Shown piece after piece: positions 1 to 14,427 of a DNA stretch of 64,000 bases; within the stretch, counting starts at the first letter, position 1, and the number at the start of each line of letters is the position of its first letter. The DNA is taken from assembly GCA_964016885.1 (NCBI GenBank), contig OZ024741.1:264368001-264432000 (forward strand), given 5' to 3'. A program made the translations under genes and the position numbers. Source of the stretch: Eledone cirrhosa (Eukaryota). Under the pieces are notes generated by a model, which was given only the letters and a program-made list of their open reading frames with translations, did not search any database and was not told the origin of the DNA.

Positions 1-19
1 TGAAATATAATTAAAGTTA

Positions 20-236
<217 letters not shown>

Positions 237-524
237 CAAATAACGAAACGAAATTAAATTTCGTTTCGTTTGTAACTCACTTTTGTATGACTGACGCTTA
301 AACAATTAAGTTAAAAATGTACATCCACATATGTATACTGAAATACTAGTATGCATATGAATACACACACGTATACATATGTAGATGTACCAAGTCTTTC
401 ACTCGTCACTTTACTGTGAGTGGCCAGCTATTCTGTATGTAAACACACAGACAAACCGGTTTTTAGAGTCATACTGGTTTTTGAGGAAACACCTTTCCTC
501 TATTCTCCAGAAAGCCAGACATGG

Positions 525-569
525 AATATTGAACTAGTTTCGTTGTTGTTACAACTCATCAGCAATATT
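525..569 (-). ncRNA. Minimal type I hammerhead ribozyme
   Basis: Minus strand: AAUAUUG-CUGAUGA-GUUG(uaacaa)CAAC-GAAAC-ua-GUU-CAAUAUU. 7-bp stem I, 4-bp stem II, palindromic ACUAGU at stem III. Confidence 0.8.
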
Positions 570-815
570 TACCTATCTACCGGCCTTTCTGTGGATGTAC
601 ATTTTTAACTTAATTGTTTAAGCGTCAGTCATACAAAAGTGAGTTACAAACGAAACGAAATTTAATTTCGTTTCGTTATTTGTTTTTATCGTCTCCGTTG
701 AACCGGTACGTACTCACACTCTATGCAAATTAGTCTGCCCACTACTAATTTTCATAGAAAAAGCATATAACGATATGTGCTTTTACGATTCTCCAGAAAG
801 GCCGGTAGATAGGTA

Positions 816-860
816 AATATTGCTGATGAGTTGTAACAACAACGAAACTAGTTCAATATT
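816..860 (+). ncRNA. Minimal type I hammerhead ribozyme (inverted copy of 525-569)
   Basis: aatattg CTGATGA gttgtaacaacaac GAAAC ta GTT caatatt. Confidence 0.8.
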
Positions 861-1075
861 CCTTGTCTGGCTTTCTGGAGAATAGAGGAAAGGTGTTTCC
901 TCAAAAACCAGTATGACTCTAAAAACCGGTTTGTCTGTGTGTTTACATACAGAATAGCTGGCCACTCACAGTAAAGTGACCAGTGAAAGACTTGGTACAT
1001 CTACATATGTATACGTGTGTGTATTCATATGCATACTAGTATTTCAGTATACATATGTGGATGTACATTTTTAAC

Positions 1076-1174
<99 letters not shown>

Positions 1175-1290
1175 AATATATATATATATATATACAAATG
1201 TATAAATGCATAGCTATATACATACGTAAATGTATGTATGTATATATGTATGTATGTAATGTAGATTTATATATATATGTATGTATGTAC

Positions 1291-1855
1291 GTTATTCCGG
1301 GTTGAATCGGAGGTAACCACAGTAAGTAAGGTACTCAATACATTGCAGAGTATAAAAGTTTTAATATAGATGAGATTCTACAGGACTAGAACTGTTTCAT
1401 TCTTTAGAAATCATCAGGAATCTGGTTATCAAAAAATAAGTATGGTATTTATGGTCTCTACAAGTGGTAGGAGAGGGTGGGGAGTGGGATGGGTGTAGGA
1501 CATTGGTTGATAGAAAAGGGAATTCATTAAAAGCTAATTCTACAAAGCTATAGTTTATTTTTAGTTTTAGAGTAACAAAGGCAGAAAGAATTCTATAAAC
1601 AGGTTCAGGATGGGGTGCCACTCCTTATTATTAAGTTTCTCTTAAGCTAACAGGTGTCTATAAGATCATTGGGGGTCAGTCGTGGTAGATAGATTTAAAG
1701 AAAAGGGAGATTCTTTAAAAGCTAAATTCTTTAAGGTTCTACTAAGTGACAGGTTTAGAGAATTCTGTAGACAAATTCAAAATATTGAGTGCATATCATA
1801 CAATTATCTTCAAATTTCTCTTAAACTATTCAACTATATGCCAAAAATCAAGAGA
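1291..1855 (-). mobile_element. Penelope-like 3' remnant
   Basis: Carries a hammerhead; 1291-1420 is homologous to 31141-31270; bounded by microsatellites. Confidence 0.55.
1373..1423 (-). ncRNA. Type I hammerhead ribozyme
   Basis: Minus strand: AGAUUC-CUGAUGA-uUUCUaaAGAAu-GAAACAG-uucuaguc-CUGUA-GAAUCU; all three stems pair, GUA cleavage triplet. Confidence 0.8.
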
Positions 1856-1954
1856 CACATTCACAAACACACTCACTCACACACTCGCGTGCACCCATAA
1901 ACACACACACATACACATATATATACACACATATATATATATACATATTATATT

Positions 1955-2957
1955 TAATTAAGAATGTAGGATTCACATGCAGCAGCTGTGCTGAAACAGC
2001 AAGCAGCAAACAGCCACAGGAAACAAGTACCACCAATCTCTGGGAGGGCCCTGTAGAAACAGTAGACAGCTTCTGCTACCTAGGTGACCGAATTAGCAAC
2101 GGAGGTGGGTGTTCAGAAAGTACAATAACTAGGGTAAGAACGGGATGGAAGAAGTTTAGGGAACTACTACCACTGCTAGCTGCAAAAGGCTTCTCCCTCA
2201 GAATGAAAGGCAGACTGTATGATGCGTGTATCCGAACAGCGATGTTGCATGGTAGTGAGACCTGGGCGCTGAAGGTGGAAGACTTACGTAGATTAGAGAG
2301 AAACGAAGCCTGCATGCTCCGATGGATGTGTAACAGTAATATACGTGAACGACAAAGCATAAATGAATTGAGAGAGAGACTGAGCATAAGAGGAATCAAA
2401 TGCTGTGTGCAGGAGAGGCGGTTGCGCTGGTATGGACATGTGATGCGTATGAAGGATGACAGCTACATAAAAAGGTGCAGAGCACTAGAAGTTGATGGAA
2501 ACCGCGGAGTGGGGAGACCCAAGATGACCTGGGATGAGGTGATAAAAGCCGACCTTACCCAACTACACCTCTCAAAGACAATGACACACGACCGTGACTT
2601 CTGGCGTCACGCAGTAATACAGAGTACCCGACCTCCCATGGGTACATGCTGAAGCATATAAACAATATGCCCCCACACCCCCCACCGCAAGGTGGTCGTG
2701 GAGGTGCCACGGCAAAAAAGCACCCAGCCCACACTGTAAAGTGGACGTGTAGGCGCCACGAAAAAGCACCTAGCACTCACTGTAAATGAGGTTGGTGTTA
2801 GGAAGGGCATCCAGCTGTAGAAATCAAGCCAGATCAGTTCCTGTATGAGCAAGGCATGGTCAGCCGACCAGACACTGCACACAACAGGACAACCCGTCTA
2901 ACCCATGCTAGCGTGGAAGAACGGACGTAAAACGGTGATGATGATGATGATGATGAT
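1955..2957 (+). mobile_element. 5'-truncated RTE-like LINE (RT C-terminus, 3' UTR, (GAT)n tail)
   Basis: ORF 2203-2652 has KGRLY..C..AMLHGSETW, RRLRWYGHVMRM, GRPKMTW; ends in (GAT)n at about 2937-2957. Confidence 0.85.
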
Positions 2958-3169
2958 ATATATACATATATATATATACATATATACATATATATATATA
3001 CATACACACACATACATACACACATATATATATACACACACGCACACACACATATATATATACACACACACACACATATACACATATATAAATATATACA
3101 CACATACACACACATATATATACACACATACACCATACATACATATATAAATATATATATATATATATA

Positions 3170-6100
3170 ATGGAAAAATTTGAACAGGGACAAAACAGAG
3201 AGGCAGTACAACGAATGTTTATTAATTTCACGCTCTGGAGAGTGGGGTGTTGGTGGGGGACGACGTTTCGGGCATAAGCCCTTCCTCAGGTGAGAAGTGT
3301 GTGGGAACAGAGTTCAAAGGGTGTGTAAGGGAGTGGTGGAGAGACATATAGCGAAAGGAAACGGTGCGAATGAAAAAATAAAAATAAAACATGATCAAAA
3401 TACAAGGAATGAGATAAATTTAAAAATAAAGGCATGATCAAAATAAACTGAAATTAAAAGGGGGGTAAACAGGTGGTGTAAGGGTGTCGGGTGTGTAGGG
3501 GTGGTGGCGGGTGGAGTGGGGAGAAGGAGAGGGAGTGTCCGAGCGGGGAGGGCTGAAGGTGGTGTGTGTGTAGGTGTACGTGTGTGTGTGTGTATGTGAA
3601 AGTAACGGTTGGGGGAAGAACGGGGTTGCATGTTCAGGAAGAGGTGTGTGTGTGTGGGGGGGGTCGGAGTGTCTGTGCGTGTGTGGATAGAGGGGGGGAA
3701 GGAATCAGGAGGCTGAGGGTGTAAATATGTGGTGGAAAGCACGTGTGTGTGGGGTTCAAGCGTGTTGTGGGTGTAGGTGGTGTGTGGAGAAAAAAATGTT
3801 TTGGGGTGTGTGTGTGGGTGAGTTATATAGGTGATTACGTAAGAGGATGGTTGAAAAGTTGGTAAATTCCGAAGATGTTTAGTGGATTGGTTGTTGGTCA
3901 ATTTCTGCGTGTGGGTATTCCATGAAGCGATGGTCGGAAGAGGAGAGATGTGGGGTGCACGCACAACAGGAAGTGGTCAGCAGTGGGAGTGCTGTGGTCT
4001 GTATGTGCTGGGAGGTGGTCAGAGGGCATAGCAGCAGTCGGTGGAATGGTAAAGGGGCAAGGATTGGTAGGTGTGAAAGTTGGAGTGAGGAGGGTGTGTG
4101 TGTGTGTATTAGTAGGGGTGTTAGTGGGATGAGTGAGTGTGGAGCGAGGGTGTGGGTGGGGCGGGGAGAGAAGGGTGTGTGTGGTTCTATGGAGGGAGTG
4201 TGGTGTACTGGTGTGTGTGTAGTTTGATGAAGAGGTGTTAGTGGGTGTTAGTATACGGGAGGTGGGGAGGGGTTGAATGCAGGTGTGAGTGGGGGTTAGT
4301 GGTGGTAGGTTGTGTAGAGTTGGTGGTGTACGAGGGTGTGTGGGTACGTGTGCGTGGGGTTGGGGGGTGTTAGTGATGTTAGTTGCGTGTGGGGTGGGTG
4401 GTGTAAGTGGGTGCGTGTGTTCGTGTGCTTGGGGTTAGGGGGTGTTAGTGAGGTTAGTTGCGGGGTGGTGGGATGGAGGTGTGGGGTGAGAGGTGTGGGG
4501 GTGAGGGTTAGTGGTGGTAGTAGGGTGTGTGTTTAGTGTGAGCGCGTGTATATATGTGCCGGTGGGTGTGTGCGTGTGATAAGGAGGGGGGAGGAGGAGA
4601 AGAGGGGAGGGAAGGGATGTTAGTATGTTAGTTGGGGAAGGGTGGTCAGATGAGGGGTGGAGTGGAGGTGTTAGTATTGTTAGTTGTGGGGTGGGCGGTG
4701 AAAAGGAGGGGTGTGTTAGTGGTGTTAGTGGGGGATAAGTGTGGGGGGAGGGGGGCGGTCGAAGGCTAAAGGAATAAGGGTGGGGTGTTCAGGCCGGGGG
4801 GAGTGTGGGTCTGTAAGATGAAGATAGTTCGTTGTTCGACCGTAAGGCGATTGGCGGGTGTTCCGTGGCACTGGAGTAGGCCACAGACTGTGAGATGGCG
4901 TGCGGAATGTCCAGGGCCACCAAAGTGGCGGGCGATGGGGGAACTGCCCCCGAGACGAATATCCCTAGGTTGGAGCAGGTGCAGAGGATGGCATGCCGGA
5001 CCGAGAGAGAGTGGCCGTTGGGACCCTGGAAGGTGGTGCTGTTGGTGATGTGGGGACAGGTGTTGCAGCGCGGCCTAGAACAGGTAAAGGAACCGGGGGG
5101 GGGAAACAGAGCGTGGGTTGGGGGTAGGGAGCTGTGGGCGAGGAGGGTGCGGAGATTGCGTGCGCGTTTGAAGGAGGGGAGTGGTGGGGTTGGGAAGATG
5201 TGGGAGGTGGAGGGGTCAGACTGGAGGCGTCGGAAGAGGCGGCGGATGGTGCGGTGGAGGGGTAAAGTGGAGAGGTGGTAGGTGATGGGAAAGGGGAGAC
5301 GGTGGGTGGGTGTGCGGTGGCGTGAGGTGAGGGTGGTGGAGCGGGGGACAGCACGGGCGCGGGTGAGAGCGGTGTGGACGAGAGGGGGGGGGGGGTAACC
5401 TCTGCGGATGAAATGGCTGACTAGGGAAAGGGCCTGGGACTCAAAGTCAGCATCACGGCTACAGAGGCGACGGATCCTGAGAAGTTGGGAGTAGGGAATG
5501 GAGTGTTTAGTGTGGGTGGGGTGGGAAGAGGTGAAGTCGAGGTAAGAGTGGGAGTCGATGGGTTTGAAGAAGGCGGAGGTGACGAGGGAGTGGTGGGATG
5601 GGTCGAAGGCGACGGAGATGTCTAAGAAGTGGACGTGGGTGGTGGAGATAGAGGTGGTGAAGTGGAGGGAGGGATGGTAGGAGCAGAAGAAGGAGAGAAA
5701 GGAGTCGAGCTGTTCTCGGGTGAGGGTCGTGGCTCCGATACAGTCGTCAATGTAACGACCGTACAGTTCGGGCGTGGGGCCGGTGTACTGGGCAAAGATT
5801 TGGGCCTCAGCATGGCCAACAAAAATGTTGGCATAGTTCGGGCCCATTCTTGTACCCATGGCTACCCCCGTGACCTGTTGGTAAAACTCACCCGAGAAGG
5901 AGAAACAATTCAGGGTGAGGACCAGCTCGGCGAGGCGAAGGAGGGTGGGGGTGGAGGGAATGGGGGAGGGGCGAATGTCGAGGTAGTGTTTGAGGGCGCG
6001 AAGGCCGTCGGCGTGGGGGATGACTGTATAGAGGGACTTGATGTCTAGGGTGAAGAGGAAGGGCTGTGGGCCGGGTGGGTAGGTGAAGGAGTCGAAAAGG

Positions 6101-6472
6101 CGCAGGGCATGGTTGGTGTCGGAGATGTGGGAGGGTAGGGTGGTGACAAGGGGGGCGAGGATGGAGTCGAGAAAGGCGGAGATGAGTTCGGTGGGGCAGT
6201 TGCAAGCGGAGACGATGGGGCGGCCGGGGTTGTCGGGTTTGTGGAGTTTGGGGAGGAAGTAGATGGTGGGGGTGCGGGGGGTGCGGACGATGAGGTGGCT
6301 AGCGGTGGGGGGGAGGAGGGAGGAGGCGATAAGGTCTTTGATGGTGGAGGAGACTTGTTGTTGGTAGAGGGGGGTGGGATCGGAGGGTAGAGGGCGGTAA
6401 AAGAGGGGGTTACAGAGCTGCCTGAGGGCTTCGGCCGTGTAGAGGTCCGCGCGCCACACCACTACGGCGGAA
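3170..6472 (-). mobile_element. Penelope-like element, 5'-truncated: RT, Cys linker, frameshifted GIY-YIG region, long 3' region
   Basis: YFLPKLHK, GRPIVS, LDIKSLYTVIP, GVAMGTRMGPNYA, RYIDD, CSRPRCNTC; 3' hammerhead followed by AATAAA. Confidence 0.9.
3259..3292 (-). ncRNA. Minimal hammerhead at the Penelope 3' end
   Basis: Minus strand: CUGAGGA-a-GGGC(uuau)GCCC-GAAAC-GUC; stem I is very short. Confidence 0.65.
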
Positions 6473-6503
6473 CACATACACACATACACGTATACATAAA
6501 TAA

Positions 6504-6571
<68 letters not shown>

Positions 6572-6590
6572 TACATACATACACCTACAT

Positions 6591-9500
6591 ACGTCTCCAG
6601 TTTGTGCAGTAATGGCTCGAGAGTCAATACGTACAAGAGGGACGAGAGGGGACATCCTTGGCGGACCGAGCGCATGATGTTGAACGGTTCCGAAACGTGA
6701 CCATTCACTCTCACCACAGAGCAGATGTCGCTGTGCATGGCAGCGATCCAGCCTCTTATGACGGGCCCAAAGCCAGCCGCCTTCAGGACTGCCGCTAGGT
6801 AACGATGGTCGACCCTATCGAAAGCTTTCGACTGATCTAAATTGATCAAGGACCCACCCGTGCCAGGTTCCCTAGCTACCCTCTCTACGATGTATCGTAT
6901 GAGGTGGATGTTGTCGTGGATGGATCTGTCGGGAATGGCGCATGTCTGTGCCCCTCCCACCAGACCACCAACGACAAGCGCCAACCTCTTTGCTAGCAAC
7001 TTGGCCAAAATCTTGAACTCTGTGTTTAGCATTGTTATGGGCCTGAAATTATCTATGTTATCCCCCTTGTTCGGATCCTTTCTCAGCAGCGCCACCGCTG
7101 CTAGGCTCACAGAGCTGGGAATTCTCCTGTTCTGTTGCCAGTTGCAGTAGACGTCCGCCAAGAGGCCTCCGAACAAGTCTGGCATCTGTACGTAAAGTTC
7201 ATAGGGCAGACCATCCAAACCAGGCGATTTACCCCTTGTGCAGCCAGTCATTGCCTCCCGTACTTCAGCGGCTGTTATCGCCTTTTCGCAACACTCCCCC
7301 TCAGTGGACGAGAGCCGCCGCAGTCCGTCGAGGTAGACACTAAAGTCCATCCCTCGACCCGACCCACCGAACAGCTGAGCGAAGTGTCGCTGAAAAGCTT
7401 CACACATTTGCCCAGGATCGAGTAGCGTGGGCCCGTCGTGGTCCACAAAAGACCGGATCGTGGCTTTATTGCCACGACGCGCCTCCGCCACTCGGGCCCA
7501 TTGAACGGCTTTCGTCCCCTCGTGTCTGAAAGCACGCACCCTAGCTCTGACAACGCAGCCTTCGTGCTTTGCATTGAAGAATTGGTCAAGGACCAATTTC
7601 GCCGCAAGCACGTCGGTCGCGATGCCTTTGCTAAGCGCCTCGTCTTATTTTCTAACTAGTTCTCCCTCTGCTCTACTTTTCTCTATTGCTAAAGCCTTAC
7701 TAAACCTAAAGAATTCTATTCTAATCGCTCTTTTCAGAGCAAACCACCACTTGTTGTTGACGATGGCCCCCGTCAACGCCCGCTTAACTAGTTCGCTAAT
7801 CCGGTCTCTGTAGGCCTTGCGCGCTGGTAAGGAGGCGTTTAGCTTTCAGTAGACGGGTCCTCGTCTATGAAGCCTATCTATGTCAAGCACACAGATCACG
7901 AAATTGTGGTCCGTGTAGCTGACTATCTTGAATTGTGGACAGCCTATGCTAGACTTATCTATTTCCCTACAAAATACTCTATCTAGATATGATCTGGATG
8001 ACCCTATGAGATTTGTCCAAGTCCACCTTGGCACATTCGGGAAATCCAATCGGTACCTGTCAGACAGTTCAAAACGCCTGAGCAGGTTGGTGAGGCTCTT
8101 GCACCCTCCTCCCCTATCAGCTAATCCCACACAGTCCCAGCGTGCATCTAAGATCCCGTTCCAGTCGCCCACTAACACTAAAGAGCGGGGCGTTCCAAGA
8201 AAGGTCTCCAGACGCCGGAAGAAATCAGGCCGCCCTGCTCCTGTCGGGGCATAGATGGTCACTAGCCTGAAAGCTTGCCCGTCTCCGCTGGTCACGTCCA
8301 GCACCACCAACTTACCTTGTGGGTCCAGGAAGATGGCCCGTATGGCGAGATCCAAACCTCTCCGAAAAAGCACAGCAACTCCTCCCCCCGATCCCGGACC
8401 GCTGGGAGATTGCGTACACATCGTAGCCGCCGAAGATCGGTGTGAAGGCCCGTGCTTCGGAGTTTCTGGTCTCACTGATGTCCACTACATCTATGTTTAG
8501 TTACCTAAGGTCGTTGAGCTGGTGGCCCTGCTTCCATGACGACCCCAAGCCACGCGCATTTATGGTGCCTATTCTGAGTGAGGCCATGTTGAAATGGAGT
8601 GGAAAAGATGGGAAAGACCACTTACCTTACTTCTGGTAGAGGGAGGATGGTTTGTCCATCCTTTTAACTGCTGTGGCCTCCTCCGGAAGGATGTCCTTAT
8701 AAATCCTCCTGGAGAGTGTTTGTCGGAAGTCTCCGATATCTTTGGGTAATTTTTGTTTTAGTGTCGTGTACGTTTTCTGTGTGATGCGAGTGATTTGTAT
8801 GTGTGGAGGTGGTGTGAACTTTTGGGTTGTTGTGTAGTCTTTTTCTGTGATGCTGGTGTTGTGTTGCATGTTGTGTAATAATTGGTTGTTGTTCAAATTT
8901 AATGCTGTGTAGTGTGTATCGTTTTGGTTGTTTTGTTTTGTTTGCGTTTGTTGTGGGTTCGTTTCTGTTACGCTTTTGTGGTGTTGGTGATGGTGGTGTT
9001 GGGGTTAATGATGGTGATGGTGTTGGTGTTTGTGGTGATGGGGTTGGTGATGCTGGTGTGGATGGTGGCATATCTGTCTTAACTTTCTTGTTCGATAATT
9101 TATTTGTTTCCCTCTTTATTTTGTTTTTTGAGGGGGAAGGAAGAAAATTTTTCTTTTTTGGTTTCTTTTTTTTTTTCTTTTTTTCTGATACCGTTTCCCA
9201 CTCCTCGTCGTCACAATCTGTCTCCAGTTGCGATAGGTCGGGGAGTGGAAAATCCTCCACAGGCGTTGGTTTTGGTTGTGGCGTGGTGGATGGTGTAGGC
9301 GCTGGTGCTAGTTCTGGGGCGTTCGGTGGTGGTGGTGTTGCTTTTGCTACTGTTGCTGGGGTTGTTGCTGCTACAGTTGCTTCTGTTGTTGCTGCTACAG
9401 TTGTTGCTGCTATTTCTGCTGCTAGTGGAGTTGATGGTTGGGTCACTGGGGTGGGTAAGAGAGGTGGCCTCAACCTTTTAGCCTGAGGGCAGAAAGCCCT

Positions 9501-10797
9501 TAGGTGGGTTCCTTCACCACAAACGACACACCTAGGTCTTCTGCCCTCGACGATTACGGTGAGGTGGCTGCTGTCATTGAGGTCTATTACCTCTGGGATC
9601 TCCTCAATGCTTTTATGGTCCGCTTGGATCAGGAGTTCCATCCCAGATCCGGACCAGTTCTCATGCTTTTCTTTTGCTATTTCTATTATCTTTGTGTTGG
9701 CCTTGATGCCGGCGAGGACGGCTGCCATCAGCCAGGGAATTTCGATGGCCGGTGGAACGTGGGTCACCCTGATCTTCACAAGTCTCTGGCCACAATAGCT
9801 TGGGATGAGTGTGAAGTTGTCACTTCTTAATGGGGCCATGGAGTGTTCTCTGGTCTCCTGTGGTGTTTCAAAGAACACGTCCACGGTTCCATACTTCTGC
9901 CCACGTCTGATGTGGGGTTTTTTTGCCCACACATGTCCCAAAACTTTTTGGATTTGGGACTCAGATGCCCGTTCCACTCGGCGCGATTTTATGTTTATTG
10001 TCCGATAAGACACGGTGCATAGGCGACGCTGCTCCATTTTATTAGGTGTGGGGGGGGGCTGACCCTGTACCCATCTTTCTTTACCATTCCTTTGGCTTCA
10101 TCTAATTCTTCCTGAGTTATCTGGATCGCTTCGCACGTTTTTACTACTCTGGCAAAACTTAGGGTAGTTTTCTTAATTTCATTGTTGCTGTTGTAATTAT
10201 CGTTATTTTTGCTATTGTTAATTTTAGTTTCAGTTGTGGTGGTGGTGGCGTCAGTGGTGTTCGGTGTGGAAGAGTTCATTTTGGTTGAATTCATTTTGAT
10301 ATCATCAGTTAATTTATTTTTTTCTTTTGTTTCTGTTGTCGCTGTGGTGGTGGTGGTGGTTGTCGCGGTGGTGGTGGTGGTGGTGGTGGTGGTGGTGGTG
10401 GTAGTGGCGGCTTTAACACCCGCAGTCATTGGTAATGGCGGGAAATGAACGTCTGTCTGAGACAAATTTAAAATATTGCTACTGCTTACAATTCCAGTGT
10501 TGGCAAACGTAGCAATGTTTACAATGGTGGTGTCGGTGTGAGGTGTTGGATTGTGAGGAAGGAGTGAATCTGAGTCATCCATTATTTTTCAAAGAAAAAT
10601 TTTTTTGTTTGATAATTATAAAAAGTTTAAATTTTGGGCTCAAGGCCCCAATATTTTTGAGTGTCTTTTCAGAAATCAATGTATGTGCACTTATATATAG
10701 TTAACAATAAACATTTCCATAAATAGCAATTTTAAATAACTGAAAATAACAAACCTTTGCGGAGCTCACGATGATACAATTTACTACGTAGGTCGCC
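6591..10797 (-). mobile_element. Tx1/L1-clade retrotransposon, ORF1 type A; intact 5' end, broken off within the RT
   Basis: ORF1 about 10582-8622 (frameshifted, knuckle CVVCGEGTHLRAFC). ORF2 from about 8587 with APE motifs (GDWN, SYLDRV, TDH) and RT (KSPGLDG, FRPIT, LDQSKAFD, RQGCPLS). 5' end GGCGACCTAC abuts (TTA)n, as at 50252. Confidence 0.93.
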
Positions 10798-10801
10798 AAT
10801 A

Positions 10802-10858
<57 letters not shown>
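10798..10858. repeat. (TAA)n tract shared as insertion site by a Tx1 and a Dong-like element
   Basis: Direct; lies between the two head-to-head elements. Confidence 0.95.
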
Positions 10859-13521
10859 TGTTCAAAAACAATCAAAGAAACTTCTACAGAAAAATTGGTA
10901 AGTCAACAATAACTGCTAAATCAATACCACCCAAGGAGGAAGTGCAAGAATTCTGAGAAAAGATCTGGGCCGAAAAAAAAGTTCATAACATACATGCCCC
11001 ATGGATAGACAGACAAATGAAAGATACAGCTCACCTTGAGGAACAAATATGGGAAAATATAACAGTTGAACAGTTGCGTTTGGCTCTAAGAAAAACCAAC
11101 AAATGGAAATCCCCAAGCAAAAGACAAAATACAAATTTTTTGGATAAATGCCTTCACAGAGTTTCATGAGCTGTTAGCCCAACTTTACAATGAAATAGTT
11201 AAGGAGCCAGAAAAGATACCATCATGGCTAGTTAACGGCATTACATTCCTGCTTCTGAAAAATGATGAGACAAACAATCCCAAAAATTACAGACCGATAA
11301 CTTGCTTGACCACAATGTATAAAATTTTAACATCAGTCCTAACTGAATATACATATGACCACCTGATAACAAATGACCTATTTCCCATTGAGCAGAAAGG
11401 GTGTAAACGAGGCTCATATGGCTGTAAGGATCAGCTTTTGGTTAACAAAATGATACTGGAAGATTGTCACAATAGACACAAAAATCTATCAATTGCTTGG
11501 ATAGATTTTTAAAAAGCATTCGATAGTTTGCCACACAGTTGGATTGAAAAATGTTTAGAGATTTTCAAAATATCTCCCGTTGTCGGGAGGTTTTTGTCAT
11601 TCAGTATGAAGACATGGAAAACGACACTCCTTTTGAATAGTGAAACAAAATCACTGGAAGCTGGAGAAGTTAATATTAATTGTGGAATTTTTCAGGGTGA
11701 CTCTTTATCACCGCTTTTATTCTGCATCGCACTTATACCATTAAGTAAAATGCTCAATGAAACAAAACATGGATATAAAGTCTATGACAAAACCATTAAT
11801 CACTTGTTCTACATGGATGACCTGAAACTATTTGCAAAAAATGATGAACAATTACAAGGGCTATTATCCACTGTGGAGCAGTTCAGTGATGACATTAAAA
11901 TGGAGTTTGGACTAGATAAATGCGCCAAAGCAACGTTCACCAGAGGAAAGCTGCTGAAAAGTTCAGACATTATTCTTGATCGGGGGAATGTGATAAGAGA
12001 ACTTGATCAAGAGGAAACTTACAAATATCTAGGCGTTTGTGAAGGAGACGGAATCAAGCACTCGACAATGAGGGAAAGGATAAGGAAGGAATGTTACCGC
12101 AGAGTAAGAGCAATCTTAAGAACGGAATTGAATGCAAGGAATAGGATCGATGCCATAAACACGCTTGCCATACCAGTAGTAACCTGCAGTTACAATGTCA
12201 TCAACTGGTCAAGCACAGAGATCCGTAGGCTCGATACAAAAATTCGAAAATTCTTAACCATGCACAGAATGCATCACCCTAAGGCAGATACAGATAGAAT
12301 ATATCTCCCTAGGAAAGAAGGAAGACGTGGGTTAATCCAGTTAGACATTGCGTTGAAAACTGCAACAATTGGATTATCTACATATCTAAGGGAATCACAT
12401 GATTGGATGATCAAACTCGTTTTGAAACACGAAAGCATCAAAAGATCATACTCCGTTACAAAAGATGCACAAAGATACAGTAATGGACTACAAATTTCAG
12501 AAGTCCCGTTTACTGCTGAAATGGAAAACACAGAAAAAGCAAAGCAGGTAAAAGTAACTGCAAAGAAAGAACTGCTACAGAAACTGGCTAATAAATGGCA
12601 AGAAAAGCATCTGTATGGAAATTACCCAGAACGAGTTAACAATCCTGATGTTGACAAAACTTTAACCCATCAGTGGTTGGCATCCTCTGGACTGAAATCG
12701 GAGACTGAAGGACTGATTATATCAGCACAAGATCAGTGTCTGCCAACAAAAAATTACCAAGCCAACATAATAAAAAATGGATGCAGCCCATTATGCCGTG
12801 TATGTAAAAAACAACCAGAGACCATTGACCATATAATTTCAATGTGCAGTCCTATAGCTCCAACCGAATACCTAAACAGGCATGACAGAGCTGCACAATA
12901 CATACATTGGATAATGTGTAAGCATTTTGACCTGCCCCATCAAAAGAATTGGTGGGAGCATCAACCACCTCCCATACTTGAAAAAGATCACATCTCAATC
13001 TTGTGGAACTTTAGCATCCAAACAGACCGAAAAATAGATGCAAATAGACCTGATATAATATTGAAGGACTTTAAAAAGAGGGTATGCCTGCTAATTGATA
13101 TGTCCGTTCCAATAGACAAGAATGTATCTATAAAAACATTTGAAAAATTGAGCAAGTATAAGGACCTGGAGATAGAAATTGGAAAAATGTGGAAATTGAG
13201 AACTAAAACAATACCAGTGGTTGTAGGCACTCTAGGAATGATACCTAAGGGGTCTAATGATTACTTATCGCAAATCCCAGGAAACCCGCGTATAGGAGAA
13301 ATACAAAAGATAGTACTAATGGGAATTGCCCATATACTAAGGAAGATTCTGTCAACATAAGTACATCACAAGTCTAAACACCTAAAGATGCATGTGTGAG
13401 TATGTATGTTCTTTCTTGAACATGGCTGACCTTGTTGTCTCTTGAGGTCACTGGTTGTGACTTGGTGATAACTCGTATGAACATAAAGCAAGATAAATGC
13501 AGCTGTAATAATAATAATAAT
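10859..13521 (+). mobile_element. R4/Dong-like non-LTR retrotransposon (RT, CCHC, restriction-like endonuclease), 5'-truncated
   Basis: EQKGC, AWIDF*KAFDS, GIFQGDSLSP, HLFYMDDLK, CRVC..H....C, NRPDII..LIDMSVP..K..KY; (TAA)n at both ends. Confidence 0.92.
11528..13360 (+). pseudogene. RT-RLE ORF remnant of the Dong-like element (610 aa open segment)
   Basis: ORF track; upstream part interrupted by a stop at about 11510 and by frameshifts. Confidence 0.85.
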
Positions 13522-14112
13522 ATTTATACTTATATATAAACTATATATAATTATAAACAGGAAAGGTCAGTATTTTTTATTTTTTACCACCTTATTACCA
13601 GTATGAAAAATAGCTCAATGTAAATACATCAGATGTCTTACAGAGCAGGAATATAAAGTAGAGAACAATCAAAACTACGTTTAATACATTTTATTGCTCA
13701 CAATCGTTTCTTCTAAACATCCGTTTACATCCTATTACACCTATATTTTATGATATCTTTGCCATATTATGCTATATATGCTTAATACCTTTGCTTTCTT
13801 TACCATATTATTCTGTATATGCTTAATACCTATGGACTCTTACTGTCTATATGCCTATGTACCACTAATGTCCTCCTTTGCGAGTAACCTTCTTTTATAA
13901 TTCTTTTATAATCTTTATTATACCAATTGCTACAGACCACAACATCCTCTCTCTCTCTCTTTGAATATGACACTATTGATAGCAACAATAATATCAACCT
14001 ATCTTTATCATTGTTCTGTTGAATAGGAATTTAATTATGTGTTTGCCAATACATACATATACATACATGCATACATATATATATATATATATATGCATAC
14101 ATATCTCTCTCA

Positions 14113-14244
<132 letters not shown>

Positions 14245-14263
14245 ATATATATATATATACATG

Positions 14264-14345
<82 letters not shown>

Positions 14346-14352
14346 TGTATGC

Positions 14353-14413
<61 letters not shown>

Positions 14414-14427
14414 CATGTATGTATATA

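Noticed and set aside
420-965. Duplicated small proteins MASYSVCK..
   Set aside because: By-product of the inverted repeat; GTG starts and overlap with the hammerhead motifs.
4789-7611. 940-aa ORF that appears to contain two RT domains
   Set aside because: Chance in-frame junction of a broken Tx1 RT, a stop-free (TA)n/(TG)n tract (YIYIYI) and a 5'-truncated Penelope RT; the start is mid-ORF2 and the end is frameshifted.
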